Virus record (IMG/VR): IMGVR_UViG_3300005676_000004
Direction: 5' to 3' (one strand)
Length of the DNA: 64,000 nt
DNA from: a virus
Part shown: one piece after another, positions 8,648 through 17,058 of the stretch
Position numbering within the stretch: position 1 is the stretch's first letter
Layout: every line of letters starts with the position of its first letter
Notes under the pieces: model-generated
What the model was told of the DNA's origin: nothing
Seen by the model: the letters and a program-made list of their open reading frames with translations, nothing else
Database searches by the model: none
Made by a program: the position numbers and the translations under genes

Positions 8648-8720
8648 GACTCCGAAGCTCAATTGGTAGAGCAACTGACTCTTAATCAGTGGGGTGTGGG
8701 TTCGAGTCCCACGGGGGTCA
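8648..8720 (+). tRNA. trnK: tRNA-Lys(CTT)
   Basis: Loop CT-CTT-AA. Confidence 0.92.
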
Positions 8721-8809
8721 CTCACCACAAGTATCATACAGTGTAATGATGTAGGTGAATAGATTAGTAGAGGGTGATCTTGTGCTATAGACGCCTAGAT
8801 CACCCGAAT

Positions 8810-8882
8810 GCGGGGTTAGCAAACGTGGTCAATGCTCTGGACTGAAAATCTAGATATGTCGGTTCGATTCCGGCACCTCGCA
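8810..8882 (+). tRNA. trnF: tRNA-Phe(GAA)
   Basis: Loop CT-GAA-AA. Confidence 0.88.
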
Positions 8883-8892
8883 CACATACAAT

Positions 8893-8968
8893 ATACGCCA
8901 ATGTTCCAAGGATATAGGCGAATTGGTCTCCAAAACCGATTGGGTAGGTTCGATTCCTACGGCGTATG
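8893..8968 (+). tRNA. trnW: tRNA-Trp(CCA), atypical D region
   Basis: Loop CT-CCA-AA; 6-bp anticodon stem; canonical T-arm. Confidence 0.8.
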
Positions 8969-8978
8969 CTGCTATAAT

Positions 8979-9053
8979 CCTGTATTAGTTTATTTGGTGA
9001 AAACGCCGTGCTGATAACGCGGAGATGGCTTGGTTCGAATCCAAGATACAGGA
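8979..9053 (+). tRNA. trnI: tRNA-Ile(GAT)
   Basis: Loop CT-GAT-AA. Confidence 0.88.
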
Positions 9054-9069
9054 CTTCGTATATTATGAT

Positions 9070-9143
9070 ACACTCGTAGCTCAGCGGTTCAGAGTGCTGG
9101 TCTTACAAACCGGACGTCGTAGGTTCGAATCCTACCGAGTGTA
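9070..9143 (+). tRNA. trnV: tRNA-Val(TAC)
   Basis: Loop CT-TAC-AA. Confidence 0.92.
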
Positions 9144-9147
9144 CAAT

Positions 9148-9248
9148 GGTCGTATGCTGTGTACGCGTAATTGACGAGTGGAGCGAATGACCTCTATATC
9201 AGAGGTTGCGTCTAAGACATGGGTTCGATTCCCATCTGCATACGACCA
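9148..9248 (+). ncRNA. tRNA-like RNA with extended acceptor stem
   Basis: GGTCGTATGC/GCATACGACC 10-bp stem ending in CCA; T-arm ATGGG-TTCGATT-CCCAT; no canonical anticodon loop. Confidence 0.6.
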
Positions 9249-9253
9249 CATAT

Positions 9254-9327
9254 GCTCCTGTAGCTCAGTGGAGTAGAGCAACGGTCTTCTAAACCGTAGG
9301 TCGTAGGTTCGAATCCTACCAGGAGTA
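9254..9327 (+). tRNA. trnR: tRNA-Arg(TCT)
   Basis: Loop CT-TCT-AA. Confidence 0.92.
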
Positions 9328-9348
9328 CAGTTAGTAATATACTATAAT

Positions 9349-9421
9349 GGGCTGGCATGTTCCAAGGGGGCGAGACGCACTTGCAATGCATCTGTGGTGA
9401 GTTCGATTCTCATCCGGTCCA
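9349..9421 (+). tRNA. trnA: tRNA-Ala(TGC), atypical D region
   Basis: Loop CT-TGC-AA; G3:U70 pair; A73. Confidence 0.85.
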
Positions 9422-9425
9422 CGTA

Positions 9426-9500
9426 TATCGGTTCACACGCAACACTAGCAGTAGATGTTAGTTACCGATACTACTCTCAACGGGAGTGTAAAGGTTGCGT
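9426..9500 (+). ncRNA. Pseudoknotted intergenic RNA
   Basis: TATCGGT(9426)/ACCGATA(9464) crosses ACGCAAC(9437)/GTTGCGT(9494); two nested hairpins. Confidence 0.5.
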
Positions 9501-9504
9501 ATAT

Positions 9505-9578
9505 TCGGAAGTAGCTCAGCGGTTTAGAGCGTTCGACTGTTAATCGAAATGCCGTAGGTTCAAATCCTACCTTCCGAG
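9505..9578 (+). tRNA. trnN: tRNA-Asn(GTT)
   Basis: Loop CT-GTT-AA. Confidence 0.92.
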
Positions 9579-9590
9579 CATCATAACTAT

Positions 9591-9663
9591 GCGCTTAGGC
9601 CGGACTGGTAGTCCGAACGGGTCTTATACGCCTGTCAAACTGGTTCGATTCCAGGTAAGCGTA
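9591..9663 (+). tRNA. trnI: tRNA-Ile(TAT)
   Basis: Loop CT-TAT-AC; 7-bp acceptor; T-arm with one mismatch. Confidence 0.75.
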
Positions 9664-9668
9664 CACAT

Positions 9669-9741
9669 GCCAACGTAGCCGAATGGAAGAGGCAACGGTC
9701 TTAGAAACCGTAATTTGTGGGTTCGACTCCCACCGTTGGTA
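9669..9741 (+). tRNA. trnL: tRNA-Leu(TAG), short variable loop
   Basis: Loop CT-TAG-AA. Confidence 0.88.
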
Positions 9742-9776
9742 CATCTAAAAATTTTTTACTGTAAGAAAGTTTTGTA

Positions 9777-11090
9777 ATGCAACAAACTTCGTATCAACTC
9801 TACGGTTCTCTCCATCTACCTCGTAAAAATCGTGCACAACTTGATTCACTACCAGTTGGTACGTATGTCGTTAAACATACTGACATGGGGTTTGCACTTG
9901 AAAAAGTTGAAAATTTCAAACTTCCTAAAAAAATCTACGGCGGAGTTCAGTCCGACGCTAAGCGTATCTTGAAGACGTTTGCGGACAGGACAAACTCTAC
10001 TGGCGTTTGGTTGGATGGCGCGAAGGGGTCTGGTAAGACTATGCTAGCAAAGCTCATATCATCCATGGCGTTGAAGGATGGTATATCCACAATAATAGTT
10101 TCAGAACCATATCACGGCTCGGACTTCAATGTCCTTATGCAGTCAATTGATGTGCCATGTATAGTTTTCTTTGATGAGTTTGAAAAGGTATATCACGAAA
10201 CTAATTTGCAAGAAGAGTTGCTAACTCTGTTAGATGGTGTATATCCGACGCGCAAGTTATTTCTTCTTACGACGAACGGTGGTAAGGATAGTTTAGTGGA
10301 TATGCTCATCTCTCGACCAGGGAGAATTTTTTATTCGCTGACCTTTGAAGGTTTATCTGACAAATTCATTAAAGAATATTGTAAGGATAAACTGAAAGAC
10401 CAAAGTAAGATTAATGATATTATTGTAGCGGCTTCGATAATAGGCGACATGTCATTTGATGTATTGCAAGCAATAGTCGAAGAAGTTAATAGATATGGTG
10501 AGAGTGTAGCTGACGTATGTAGCTGGTTAAATATCGTACCTTCTTCTAGCAGACTTAATTCATATTTTAAATGTATTTCATTTGTTCTTGATGGAAAGAG
10601 ATTAACAAATGGCTGGGACGTGAACGTGTATAGAGATTACACCTCAGACGTCGCTTTTAATGGATATTTTGAAATTATTAACAATCATGATACAAAACAG
10701 CGCAAGCATAATAAAGAAAACGATGTATCGGATATTGTAGTTAAGTCAGTTCAATTGCCTAAGCAAAAGAAAATTTTAGTTGATGAATTTCGTTCGCAGG
10801 ACATAGATGATGATTATGAAGAAGAAATTGAGTTCGCTGCTACGAAAAACGCTCTTAACAGAGAGAAAATGAAAAACTCAAATATCGTTACATTGTCATC
10901 TAGTCAGTTTGAATTAGTGCACATGACAGTTACGCCGTCCGTTGTCTACACTTTCCGGTCGGATGATATTGATGGCCATACTGTTGAACTAAAAATTCGT
11001 CAAGTCGCGAGCACACAATCTACATACTGGATTGATCATCTTAAGAAACGAACAAAAATTATTTCAGAATTTAATACTTCCGATACATGA
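9777..11090 (+). CDS. AAA+ ATPase
   Basis: Walker A GAKGSGKT; Walker B FFDEFEK; SRPGR arginine finger. Confidence 0.88.
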   Translation: MQQTSYQLYGSLHLPRKNRAQLDSLPVGTYVVKHTDMGFALEKVENFKLPKKIYGGVQSDAKRILKTFADRTNSTGVWLDGAKGSGKTMLAKLISSMALKDGISTIIVSEPYHGSDFNVLMQSIDVPCIVFFDEFEKVYHETNLQEELLTLLDGVYPTRKLFLLTTNGGKDSLVDMLISRPGRIFYSLTFEGLSDKFIKEYCKDKLKDQSKINDIIVAASIIGDMSFDVLQAIVEEVNRYGESVADVCSWLNIVPSSSRLNSYFKCISFVLDGKRLTNGWDVNVYRDYTSDVAFNGYFEIINNHDTKQRKHNKENDVSDIVVKSVQLPKQKKILVDEFRSQDIDDDYEEEIEFAATKNALNREKMKNSNIVTLSSSQFELVHMTVTPSVVYTFRSDDIDGHTVELKIRQVASTQSTYWIDHLKKRTKIISEFNTSDT

Positions 11091-11099
11091 TATAAGTAT

Positions 11100-11174
11100 G
11101 CCCCCGTAGCTCAATGGATTTAGAGCGCATGATTTCGACTCATGAGGTTGCAGGTTCAAGTCCTGTCGGGGGTT
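11100..11174 (+). tRNA. trnR: tRNA-Arg(TCG)
   Basis: Loop TT-TCG-AC. Confidence 0.88.
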
Positions 11175-11180
11175 CATCAT

Positions 11181-11253
11181 AGAGATGTAGCGTAGAGGCT
11201 CACGCACTCGTTTTGGGAACGAGACCACGCAGGTTCGAATCCTGTCATCTCTA
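11181..11253 (+). tRNA. trnP: tRNA-Pro(TGG)
   Basis: Loop TT-TGG-GA. Confidence 0.88.
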
Positions 11254-11259
11254 CTATAT

Positions 11260-11333
11260 ACCGTCATAGCTCAACAGAATAGAGCCTTCGACTACGAATC
11301 GAGGAGGTGAAGGTTTGAATCCTTCTGGCGGTG
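11260..11333 (+). tRNA. trnR: tRNA-Arg(ACG)
   Basis: Loop CT-ACG-AA. Confidence 0.88.
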
Positions 11334-11340
11334 CGAATCT

Positions 11341-11411
11341 TGGGGAATGGCCTAATGGCAGGGCATCGGACTTTGAATCCGAGAGTCCCGGTTCGAGTCC
11401 GGGTTCCCCAG
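11341..11411 (+). tRNA. trnQ: tRNA-Gln(TTG)
   Basis: Loop CT-TTG-AA. Confidence 0.92.
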
Positions 11412-11427
11412 CGAGATACCTAGAAAT

Positions 11428-11504
11428 GGTAGGTGTAGCATAACTGGTTAATGCCCCTCGCCTGTGAAGCGAGTGAATGACGAGTTCGAATCTCGCCACC
11501 TACC
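11428..11504 (+). tRNA. trnH: tRNA-His(GTG)
   Basis: Loop CT-GTG-AA; G-1:C73. Confidence 0.9.
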
Positions 11505-11533
11505 CAAATTTTTTGGCCGATGGCCAGAAAGTG

Positions 11534-11565
11534 TTTGGAAATGTCAAATCTTTTCCGTAAGTTAG
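11534..11565 (+). promoter_or_regulatory. Bacteroidota-type promoter for the Y RNA/Ro60 unit
   Basis: TTTG-N20-TAAGTTAG. Confidence 0.65.
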
Positions 11566-11578
11566 TGTAATGAAGTTT

Positions 11579-11650
11579 TTGTCGTGGTGAAGAGTAGAGT
11601 TACTTCAGACTGGAATCCCGAAACCCACTCTGCTCAATTGTTCCCGACAA
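11579..11650 (+). ncRNA. Y RNA-like gene 1
   Basis: TTGTCG/CGACAA terminal stem; GGTGAA opposite TTGTTC; GAGTAGAGT/ACTCTGCTC stem; GTTACTTC motif; T run after; upstream of the TROVE gene. Confidence 0.75.
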
Positions 11651-11658
11651 GTTTTTTT

Positions 11659-11729
11659 GATAGTTGTAGTGAAGAAGTGGGTTACTTCTACATTCCGAAC
11701 CAGTCCCACTTTGATTGTTCTCAACTATC
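11659..11729 (+). ncRNA. Y RNA-like gene 2
   Basis: GATAGTTG/CAACTATC terminal stem; AGTGAA opposite TTGTTC; AAGTGGG/CCCACTT stem; GTTACTTC motif; T run after. Confidence 0.75.
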
Positions 11730-11756
11730 GTTTTTTAATCAACTCTAGGAGTTATC

Positions 11757-13085
11757 ATGCGTAAAAATGTAAAGACTAACAGCTATCAGAAGCGACAGTC
11801 TACCGAGGTTGAACTGCGCCGCTCGGTGATGGCATGTCTCCTGTGGGAAGATTCTTTCTATGAATCTGGAGAAGATCATGCTTCCCGAGTTGAAGCGTTG
11901 GCGTTAAATGTCTCGGAGCAATTTCTCTCTGATCTAGCGATTGAAGCTCGTGACGTGATGAAACTTCGTCACATGCCACTGTTCTTAACAAAAATTCTAG
12001 CAAGTCGTCGTTCTAAGTTAACATCCGATACGCTGTATCACGTGATTCAACGACCAGACGAACTTGCTGAGTTCTTAGCGTTGTATTGGGAAAACGGACG
12101 TTGCCCTCTCTCAGCTCAAGTTAAGAAGGGCTTAGCGAAAGCATTCACAAAGTTTAATGAGTATTCTCTTGCCAAGTATAATCGAGATGCTGACATTAAG
12201 CTGCGAGATGTCATGTTCTTAGTTCATCCGAAGCCACTTAACTCTGAACAAGAATTGTTGTGGAAGCGTTTGGTGGATAATGAACTTGCAACTCCAGATA
12301 CATGGGAAGTTGAACTTTCAAAATCAACTAATAAGACGGCATCTTGGACACGGTTGCTGCAAGAAAATAAGCTAGGTGCTTTGGCGTTGCTTCGTAATTT
12401 GCGAAACATGTTAGATGCTAACGTTGACATTCAATTGATTCGTTCTGCAATCACTCGAATGAAACCGAATAAAGTTTTACCGTTTCGATTTATTTCGGCG
12501 GCAAAGTATGCACCTCGCATTGAATCTGACATTGAAGCGGCTATGCTACGGGAACTTTCAGATGTTGAGAAGCTACCAGGTAAGACCTTACTTGTGGTTG
12601 ATGCATCGGGTTCAATGTTTGGTACACCGTTGTCGGCAAAGAGTGACCTAGAACGATTTGATGCAGCTTGCGCTCTTAGCATCCTTCTGAAAGAAATTTG
12701 CGGAGATGTAGAGACGTTGCTGTTTTCGCATACTACCGAGATTGTCCCATCAGCCCGACGTGGGTTTGCATTGCGAGATGCTATGCTCAGAACTGCTCAA
12801 CGTGGTGGAACTGACACCCCGTCTGCGATTCGCAAGGCTAATGAGTTGGGATATGACAGGATTATTGTCATAACCGATGAGCAAGACAACTCTGGACATT
12901 CTCGTCTACCAGCTCCACTGCCAGACACACAAGCGTACATTATAAATGTAGCTGGTTATTCTCGTGGAATCAATTATGGTTCCGAGTGGAATACCATTAG
13001 TGGTTGGAGTGAAGGTGTAGTGACGTATATTCAAAACTACGAAACAATGTTAGTAGAATCTGACACGATAGATGTAGTTGACTGA
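11757..13085 (+). CDS. rsr: Ro60/TROVE-domain RNA-binding protein with vWA domain
   Basis: AIEARDVMKLRHMP, ATPDTWE, ALLRNLRNM, VLPFRF; vWA MIDAS VDASGSM ... ITDEQ. Confidence 0.93.
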   Translation: MRKNVKTNSYQKRQSTEVELRRSVMACLLWEDSFYESGEDHASRVEALALNVSEQFLSDLAIEARDVMKLRHMPLFLTKILASRRSKLTSDTLYHVIQRPDELAEFLALYWENGRCPLSAQVKKGLAKAFTKFNEYSLAKYNRDADIKLRDVMFLVHPKPLNSEQELLWKRLVDNELATPDTWEVELSKSTNKTASWTRLLQENKLGALALLRNLRNMLDANVDIQLIRSAITRMKPNKVLPFRFISAAKYAPRIESDIEAAMLRELSDVEKLPGKTLLVVDASGSMFGTPLSAKSDLERFDAACALSILLKEICGDVETLLFSHTTEIVPSARRGFALRDAMLRTAQRGGTDTPSAIRKANELGYDRIIVITDEQDNSGHSRLPAPLPDTQAYIINVAGYSRGINYGSEWNTISGWSEGVVTYIQNYETMLVESDTIDVVD

Positions 13086-13125
13086 TTAACGGGGTGCTTA
13101 CGTATTTGTTTGCACCCCATTCTAC

Positions 13126-13196
13126 GCCGCTATGGTCTAATGGTAGGACAGTGCTCTCATAAGGCACACGACCGTGTTCGATTCACGGTAGCGGTA
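13126..13196 (+). tRNA. trnM: tRNA-Met(CAT), elongator-type
   Basis: Loop CT-CAT-AA. Confidence 0.82.
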
Positions 13197-13204
13197 CAAA
13201 ACTT

Positions 13205-13278
13205 GCCTTCCTAGTTCAAGTGGCAGAACCATCGTCTCGTAAGCGATAGATACCAGTTCAAGTCTGGTGGTAGGCCCA
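13205..13278 (+). tRNA. trnT: tRNA-Thr(CGT)
   Basis: Loop CT-CGT-AA. Confidence 0.85.
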
Positions 13279-13291
13279 TTCTAAAATTTTT

Positions 13292-13363
13292 GCGGGAGTG
13301 GTGTAACGGTTAACATACTTGACTTCCAATCAATTGATACTAGTTCGATTCTAGTCTTCCGCA
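13292..13363 (+). tRNA. trnG: tRNA-Gly(TCC)
   Basis: Loop CT-TCC-AA. Confidence 0.9.
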
Positions 13364-13399
13364 CTTCCTTCCATTTCATCACCGCAATGCATAGCGAAT

Positions 13400-14242
13400 A
13401 TGAAGTACTTTCTCATTGACCAAGATGATCTACTACATCTTGAGCATGTACGTCTAGCTAAGAGAGCTGTTGACTTCCAAATTTGGAGGGGAAACACGGA
13501 TGTACGTCTCGTTTCGTCGTTGGATGACATACGTTCTGACGCAACCTTGATAGTTCCAGTGGGGTCTGTTGAGTTTGTCAGAAGCATATTCGCAATGTAT
13601 AGTCAAGTTTTTTTTAATGAGAACTGGCCTTCTGACATTAGAGGCGATCACTTTGTACAGGCTCGGTCCTGGGAATATTCTTCATCTCCATACAGGTCAT
13701 TGTATACATTTGGCTCTTGTAAACTATCTGAGATTGATGCGGCGGTTAAAGACTTTCCTATCTTCATCAAGCCTAAATTTGATAGCACTCTTTTTCATGG
13801 CGAATTATTGAGAGACAACACCGATCTCCAGAGTCTATACGATCTTGTAGTCGGTGTAAACGGTAGACAGATGGACGGTAATACTGAGGTTTACTACAGC
13901 GTTCCGATCAACTTCATTGCTGAGTTCAGAGCTATAATTCACAACGGTAAGTTGTTAGCATTATCTGAATACAGTGTTGATGAGACTTTACCCGATCCGT
14001 TGAAGTGTCTGTATGATTCAAAGTCAGTTTGTTACAACAAGATGTTCTCTGGGCCATACTCCATCTTAAACACAATTGATAGCTCATTCGCTCGTATTGT
14101 CGACGTAGGTATGCCTGAACAAGGAGTTCCGGCGGTAGTCGAATGCGCTAATAACATATTGACTGCTGCGACATATACGTCATTCATTGACGTCGTAGCA
14201 TACTACAAAGCACTTTGCAGTTGTGGGATTAAACTAATATGA
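13400..14242 (+). CDS. ATP-grasp domain protein (DUF4343/R2K-like)
   Basis: VPVGSVEF, PIFIKP, FIAEFRAII, IVDVG, VVECAN. Confidence 0.7.
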   Translation: MKYFLIDQDDLLHLEHVRLAKRAVDFQIWRGNTDVRLVSSLDDIRSDATLIVPVGSVEFVRSIFAMYSQVFFNENWPSDIRGDHFVQARSWEYSSSPYRSLYTFGSCKLSEIDAAVKDFPIFIKPKFDSTLFHGELLRDNTDLQSLYDLVVGVNGRQMDGNTEVYYSVPINFIAEFRAIIHNGKLLALSEYSVDETLPDPLKCLYDSKSVCYNKMFSGPYSILNTIDSSFARIVDVGMPEQGVPAVVECANNILTAATYTSFIDVVAYYKALCSCGIKLI

Positions 14243-15255
14243 AATTCTTAACAGTTCTAACGACATTAGTAGCATCTTCACTGATAGCTTCTACTCAAAC
14301 TCTACGTACTGATTCTTTGAAGTACGAGGTGTATATGGACGTCTTCGTATCATCTACGTTGAACGGAGATAAGACTGATATTCCATACACGACTCAGACG
14401 GTTGTAAATTCACGACCAGTTATCAACCTCTTCATGGCTAAGAGTTCATACTCATACTCTAACTATGAAATAAATGTAGCACTTCAAGCTGGAGAGTATC
14501 CAGTAGTTAACTATGTTAATCAAGATCGTGACGTGCGGTTTATCCAGGGGTTGAATGCAGCAGTGTATTCAAACTCTAGAAAAATTTCCTTACAAGTTGG
14601 TATCTTGCCATCACATGTTGGCTACGCTGGGACGGTATCGCGTGACAACATCAATGTTACGAGTTCATTGATTTCTGACTTCACTCCCTATTATCAGGCA
14701 GGAGCAAAGGTTCAATACTCTCATAACGGTTTAACCGCCGCGATGCTTGTGCTTCAAGGGTGGCAAAATATTTTTGAAACCAATTTAGCGAAGTCGTTTG
14801 GGAGTGCTGTTAAGTACGCAACTGATGATTTCGCAATTGCGTGGAATACCATCATTGGCGCAGACGATGTAGATAATGAGTTCTATCGGTATTACAATAA
14901 CATGTATGCCGCGTATACTTCTGGTAATGTTACAGTCGTAGGGTTGCTAGATGTGTGTCCAGCACAAGGTAAACTTCCTACTCTTTACGCAGGGGTGTAT
15001 GCTCAGTATCGACTCAACGGTGTTAACATCGGCCTTAGATATGAAAATGTAAATGATCGCGATAACGTCATCTTTTACACACTCAATGGAGAGTCGTTCA
15101 TTGCACAGAACTATTCACTTAATGTTGACTATCGTTTGACTGATAAATACAACATTAGGTTAGAATATAGACATACGTCATCTCCTAACGCAATATTTCA
15201 ATCTAATGCTGCATTACTGCGGTATCTAACAGTTTCAACTAATTTTACGTTTTAA
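14239..15255 (+). CDS. Outer-membrane beta-barrel (porin-like) protein
   Basis: N-terminal signal peptide; alternating aromatic beta-strands; C-terminal Phe (NFTF). Confidence 0.75.
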   Translation: MKFLTVLTTLVASSLIASTQTLRTDSLKYEVYMDVFVSSTLNGDKTDIPYTTQTVVNSRPVINLFMAKSSYSYSNYEINVALQAGEYPVVNYVNQDRDVRFIQGLNAAVYSNSRKISLQVGILPSHVGYAGTVSRDNINVTSSLISDFTPYYQAGAKVQYSHNGLTAAMLVLQGWQNIFETNLAKSFGSAVKYATDDFAIAWNTIIGADDVDNEFYRYYNNMYAAYTSGNVTVVGLLDVCPAQGKLPTLYAGVYAQYRLNGVNIGLRYENVNDRDNVIFYTLNGESFIAQNYSLNVDYRLTDKYNIRLEYRHTSSPNAIFQSNAALLRYLTVSTNFTF

Positions 15256-16005
15256 GTGAGCATGAACACGATCTTTAAGAAAGTACTCGGGACATTCGTT
15301 GAGATAGAAGATGCACAGGATGCTGCTCCTGCTCCTACGTCATCTAACTCTCCACTAATGAGTGGAATTGCAAACATTACAGCCAACGGTAAGTATAGTC
15401 CACAGTCAACTCCGAAACCATCTACCGCACCTAGAACATTTACATCACACAGCTCAGAGACGCTAGAGCAGACAGTTCCTACATCTTCAAGCGACGAGGC
15501 AAAACTTAGTCAATTTGAAGAACACTTTCATCAGTTGATGCGAGAAAGAAATTTACCTGGACCTGACTTCCTAGAGTTACTTCAAGTGATGGATGTACTG
15601 CCGATAGATAACTTTGAAGTACGTCTTAAGACAGCGTTTGATACTTTAAAGATTCAAGGCGTTACGAAAGAAATCTTACAGTCTAGTGCTAGGGTATATC
15701 TTGATGCACTAGCAGCCGATAACAAGTCTTTCTCCGATAGTATCAAGTCACAGTCTGAGACTGTAGTGCCATCAAAACAAATTGAGATTGCTAATAACGA
15801 GCATAGAATTTCGTCAATTGATGAGCAGATACTACTACTTCAGACTGAACGAGATTCATTGATCGACCTTAATGCTCAGTTAGCGACTGAAATCCAAGAG
15901 TCTACGGCAACCATCGCAAAGGCTGCTGAGCTGTACAATGCAGCATATACGAAATTCCATCAGCATATCCAGAATATGCTAATTAATATCAATACACTTT
16001 TGTAA
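15256..16005 (+). CDS. Hypothetical coiled-coil protein
   Basis: S/T/P-rich linker, LPGPDFLE motif, C-terminal coiled coil. Confidence 0.7.
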   Translation: MSMNTIFKKVLGTFVEIEDAQDAAPAPTSSNSPLMSGIANITANGKYSPQSTPKPSTAPRTFTSHSSETLEQTVPTSSSDEAKLSQFEEHFHQLMRERNLPGPDFLELLQVMDVLPIDNFEVRLKTAFDTLKIQGVTKEILQSSARVYLDALAADNKSFSDSIKSQSETVVPSKQIEIANNEHRISSIDEQILLLQTERDSLIDLNAQLATEIQESTATIAKAAELYNAAYTKFHQHIQNMLININTLL

Positions 16006-16026
16006 TTCAACGTAAGGGTTTTCTCC

Positions 16027-17022
16027 ATGACTAACAGCAACGTCGCAACGAGTATTGCCGACTTCGGTAGCAACTCGCAAGAAAAATTGAGAAGCTATTG
16101 GAATCGTCCAGGTGGTAAATTTGGTACCATCGTTGGGCTTGCACTACTTGGGCTTGCGGGTTACGCACTCGTACCAGTTCTTACTACCATCGTGTGGAAT
16201 ACCATAAACTTTGCAATCGCCCTCGGCGTAGGTGGTGCGCTAGCATATATGGTATCGCATCGTAAGCTACGAATGAGCTTGTTCTACTTCTATGAAATTC
16301 TCATGAAACGCCTCGTCGGGGTCGTTATTGAGATGGACCCCTTTATTATTGCGGAAAGCAATATTAAAGACATGGAAGACCAACGTAATTATCTGAGTGA
16401 ACAGATAATAGTTGTTAATAAGGAATGTCATCGTATTAGCAACAAGATCACTGAAAAGGAAGCTGAGATTGAAAGAGGGTATCTTAGAATCCAAGCGGCT
16501 GGTAAGAATGACGATAAGAAATCTCTTGCCACCATCTCTAGAAGTACTGAACGTGCGAAAGAGTATATCAAAAATCTAGCACCATTGCGCGAGAAGCTAA
16601 AGCAAATTTCAGAATATCTCACTGCTGTCTATGAAAACTCTGAGTACGTCATTGAAGACGCTAAGAATCATCTAGCCAATCAAAAAGATTTGTACTACAC
16701 TGTTACCGCTGGTAGTAATGCTATGAAGTCTGCTATGGGAATTTTCAAGGGCGATCCTGAGAAGAAACTTCTCGTTGAACAGAGTATGGACTATCTTCGT
16801 GATGACATTGCTGCTAAACTTGGTGCAATGCAACAAGCGATGGATATTACATCTACTGCAATGCGTTCAATTGATCTTGACAACGCAACGTATGAGATAG
16901 CTGGCCTTGAAACTCTCAAGCAACTAGCGGCGACTAAACAAGAAACCTTAGATACTGGTGAATTTGTTCCAGGCGTTCTTAAGGCGGATAAGTATCAGAA
17001 TCTCATCTCTGCTGCACGGTAA
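16027..17022 (+). CDS. Membrane-anchored coiled-coil protein (PspA/IM30-like architecture)
   Basis: Two N-terminal hydrophobic helices followed by a long coiled coil. Confidence 0.65.
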   Translation: MTNSNVATSIADFGSNSQEKLRSYWNRPGGKFGTIVGLALLGLAGYALVPVLTTIVWNTINFAIALGVGGALAYMVSHRKLRMSLFYFYEILMKRLVGVVIEMDPFIIAESNIKDMEDQRNYLSEQIIVVNKECHRISNKITEKEAEIERGYLRIQAAGKNDDKKSLATISRSTERAKEYIKNLAPLREKLKQISEYLTAVYENSEYVIEDAKNHLANQKDLYYTVTAGSNAMKSAMGIFKGDPEKKLLVEQSMDYLRDDIAAKLGAMQQAMDITSTAMRSIDLDNATYEIAGLETLKQLAATKQETLDTGEFVPGVLKADKYQNLISAAR

Positions 17023-17058
17023 TTTTTACACTGTTTAACTTTAAAAAAGGTAAGTAAC

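Noticed and set aside
9148-9248. tmRNA or tRNA-Sec call for the tRNA-like element
   Set aside because: Too short for tmRNA, with no tag ORF and no G3:U70; no UCA anticodon in a proper loop. Kept only as an unassigned tRNA-like RNA.
9426-9500. Definite theta/HDV ribozyme call
   Set aside because: Lacks the catalytic C in J4/2 and a clear P1.1, and P3 is too long. Reported only as a topology-level observation.
6971-13118. Isolated spacer hairpins at 6971-6993, 8772-8805 and 13091-13118 as terminators or ncRNAs
   Set aside because: Simple stems without U-tracts or shared motifs; probably processing or stability elements, with too little evidence to call.
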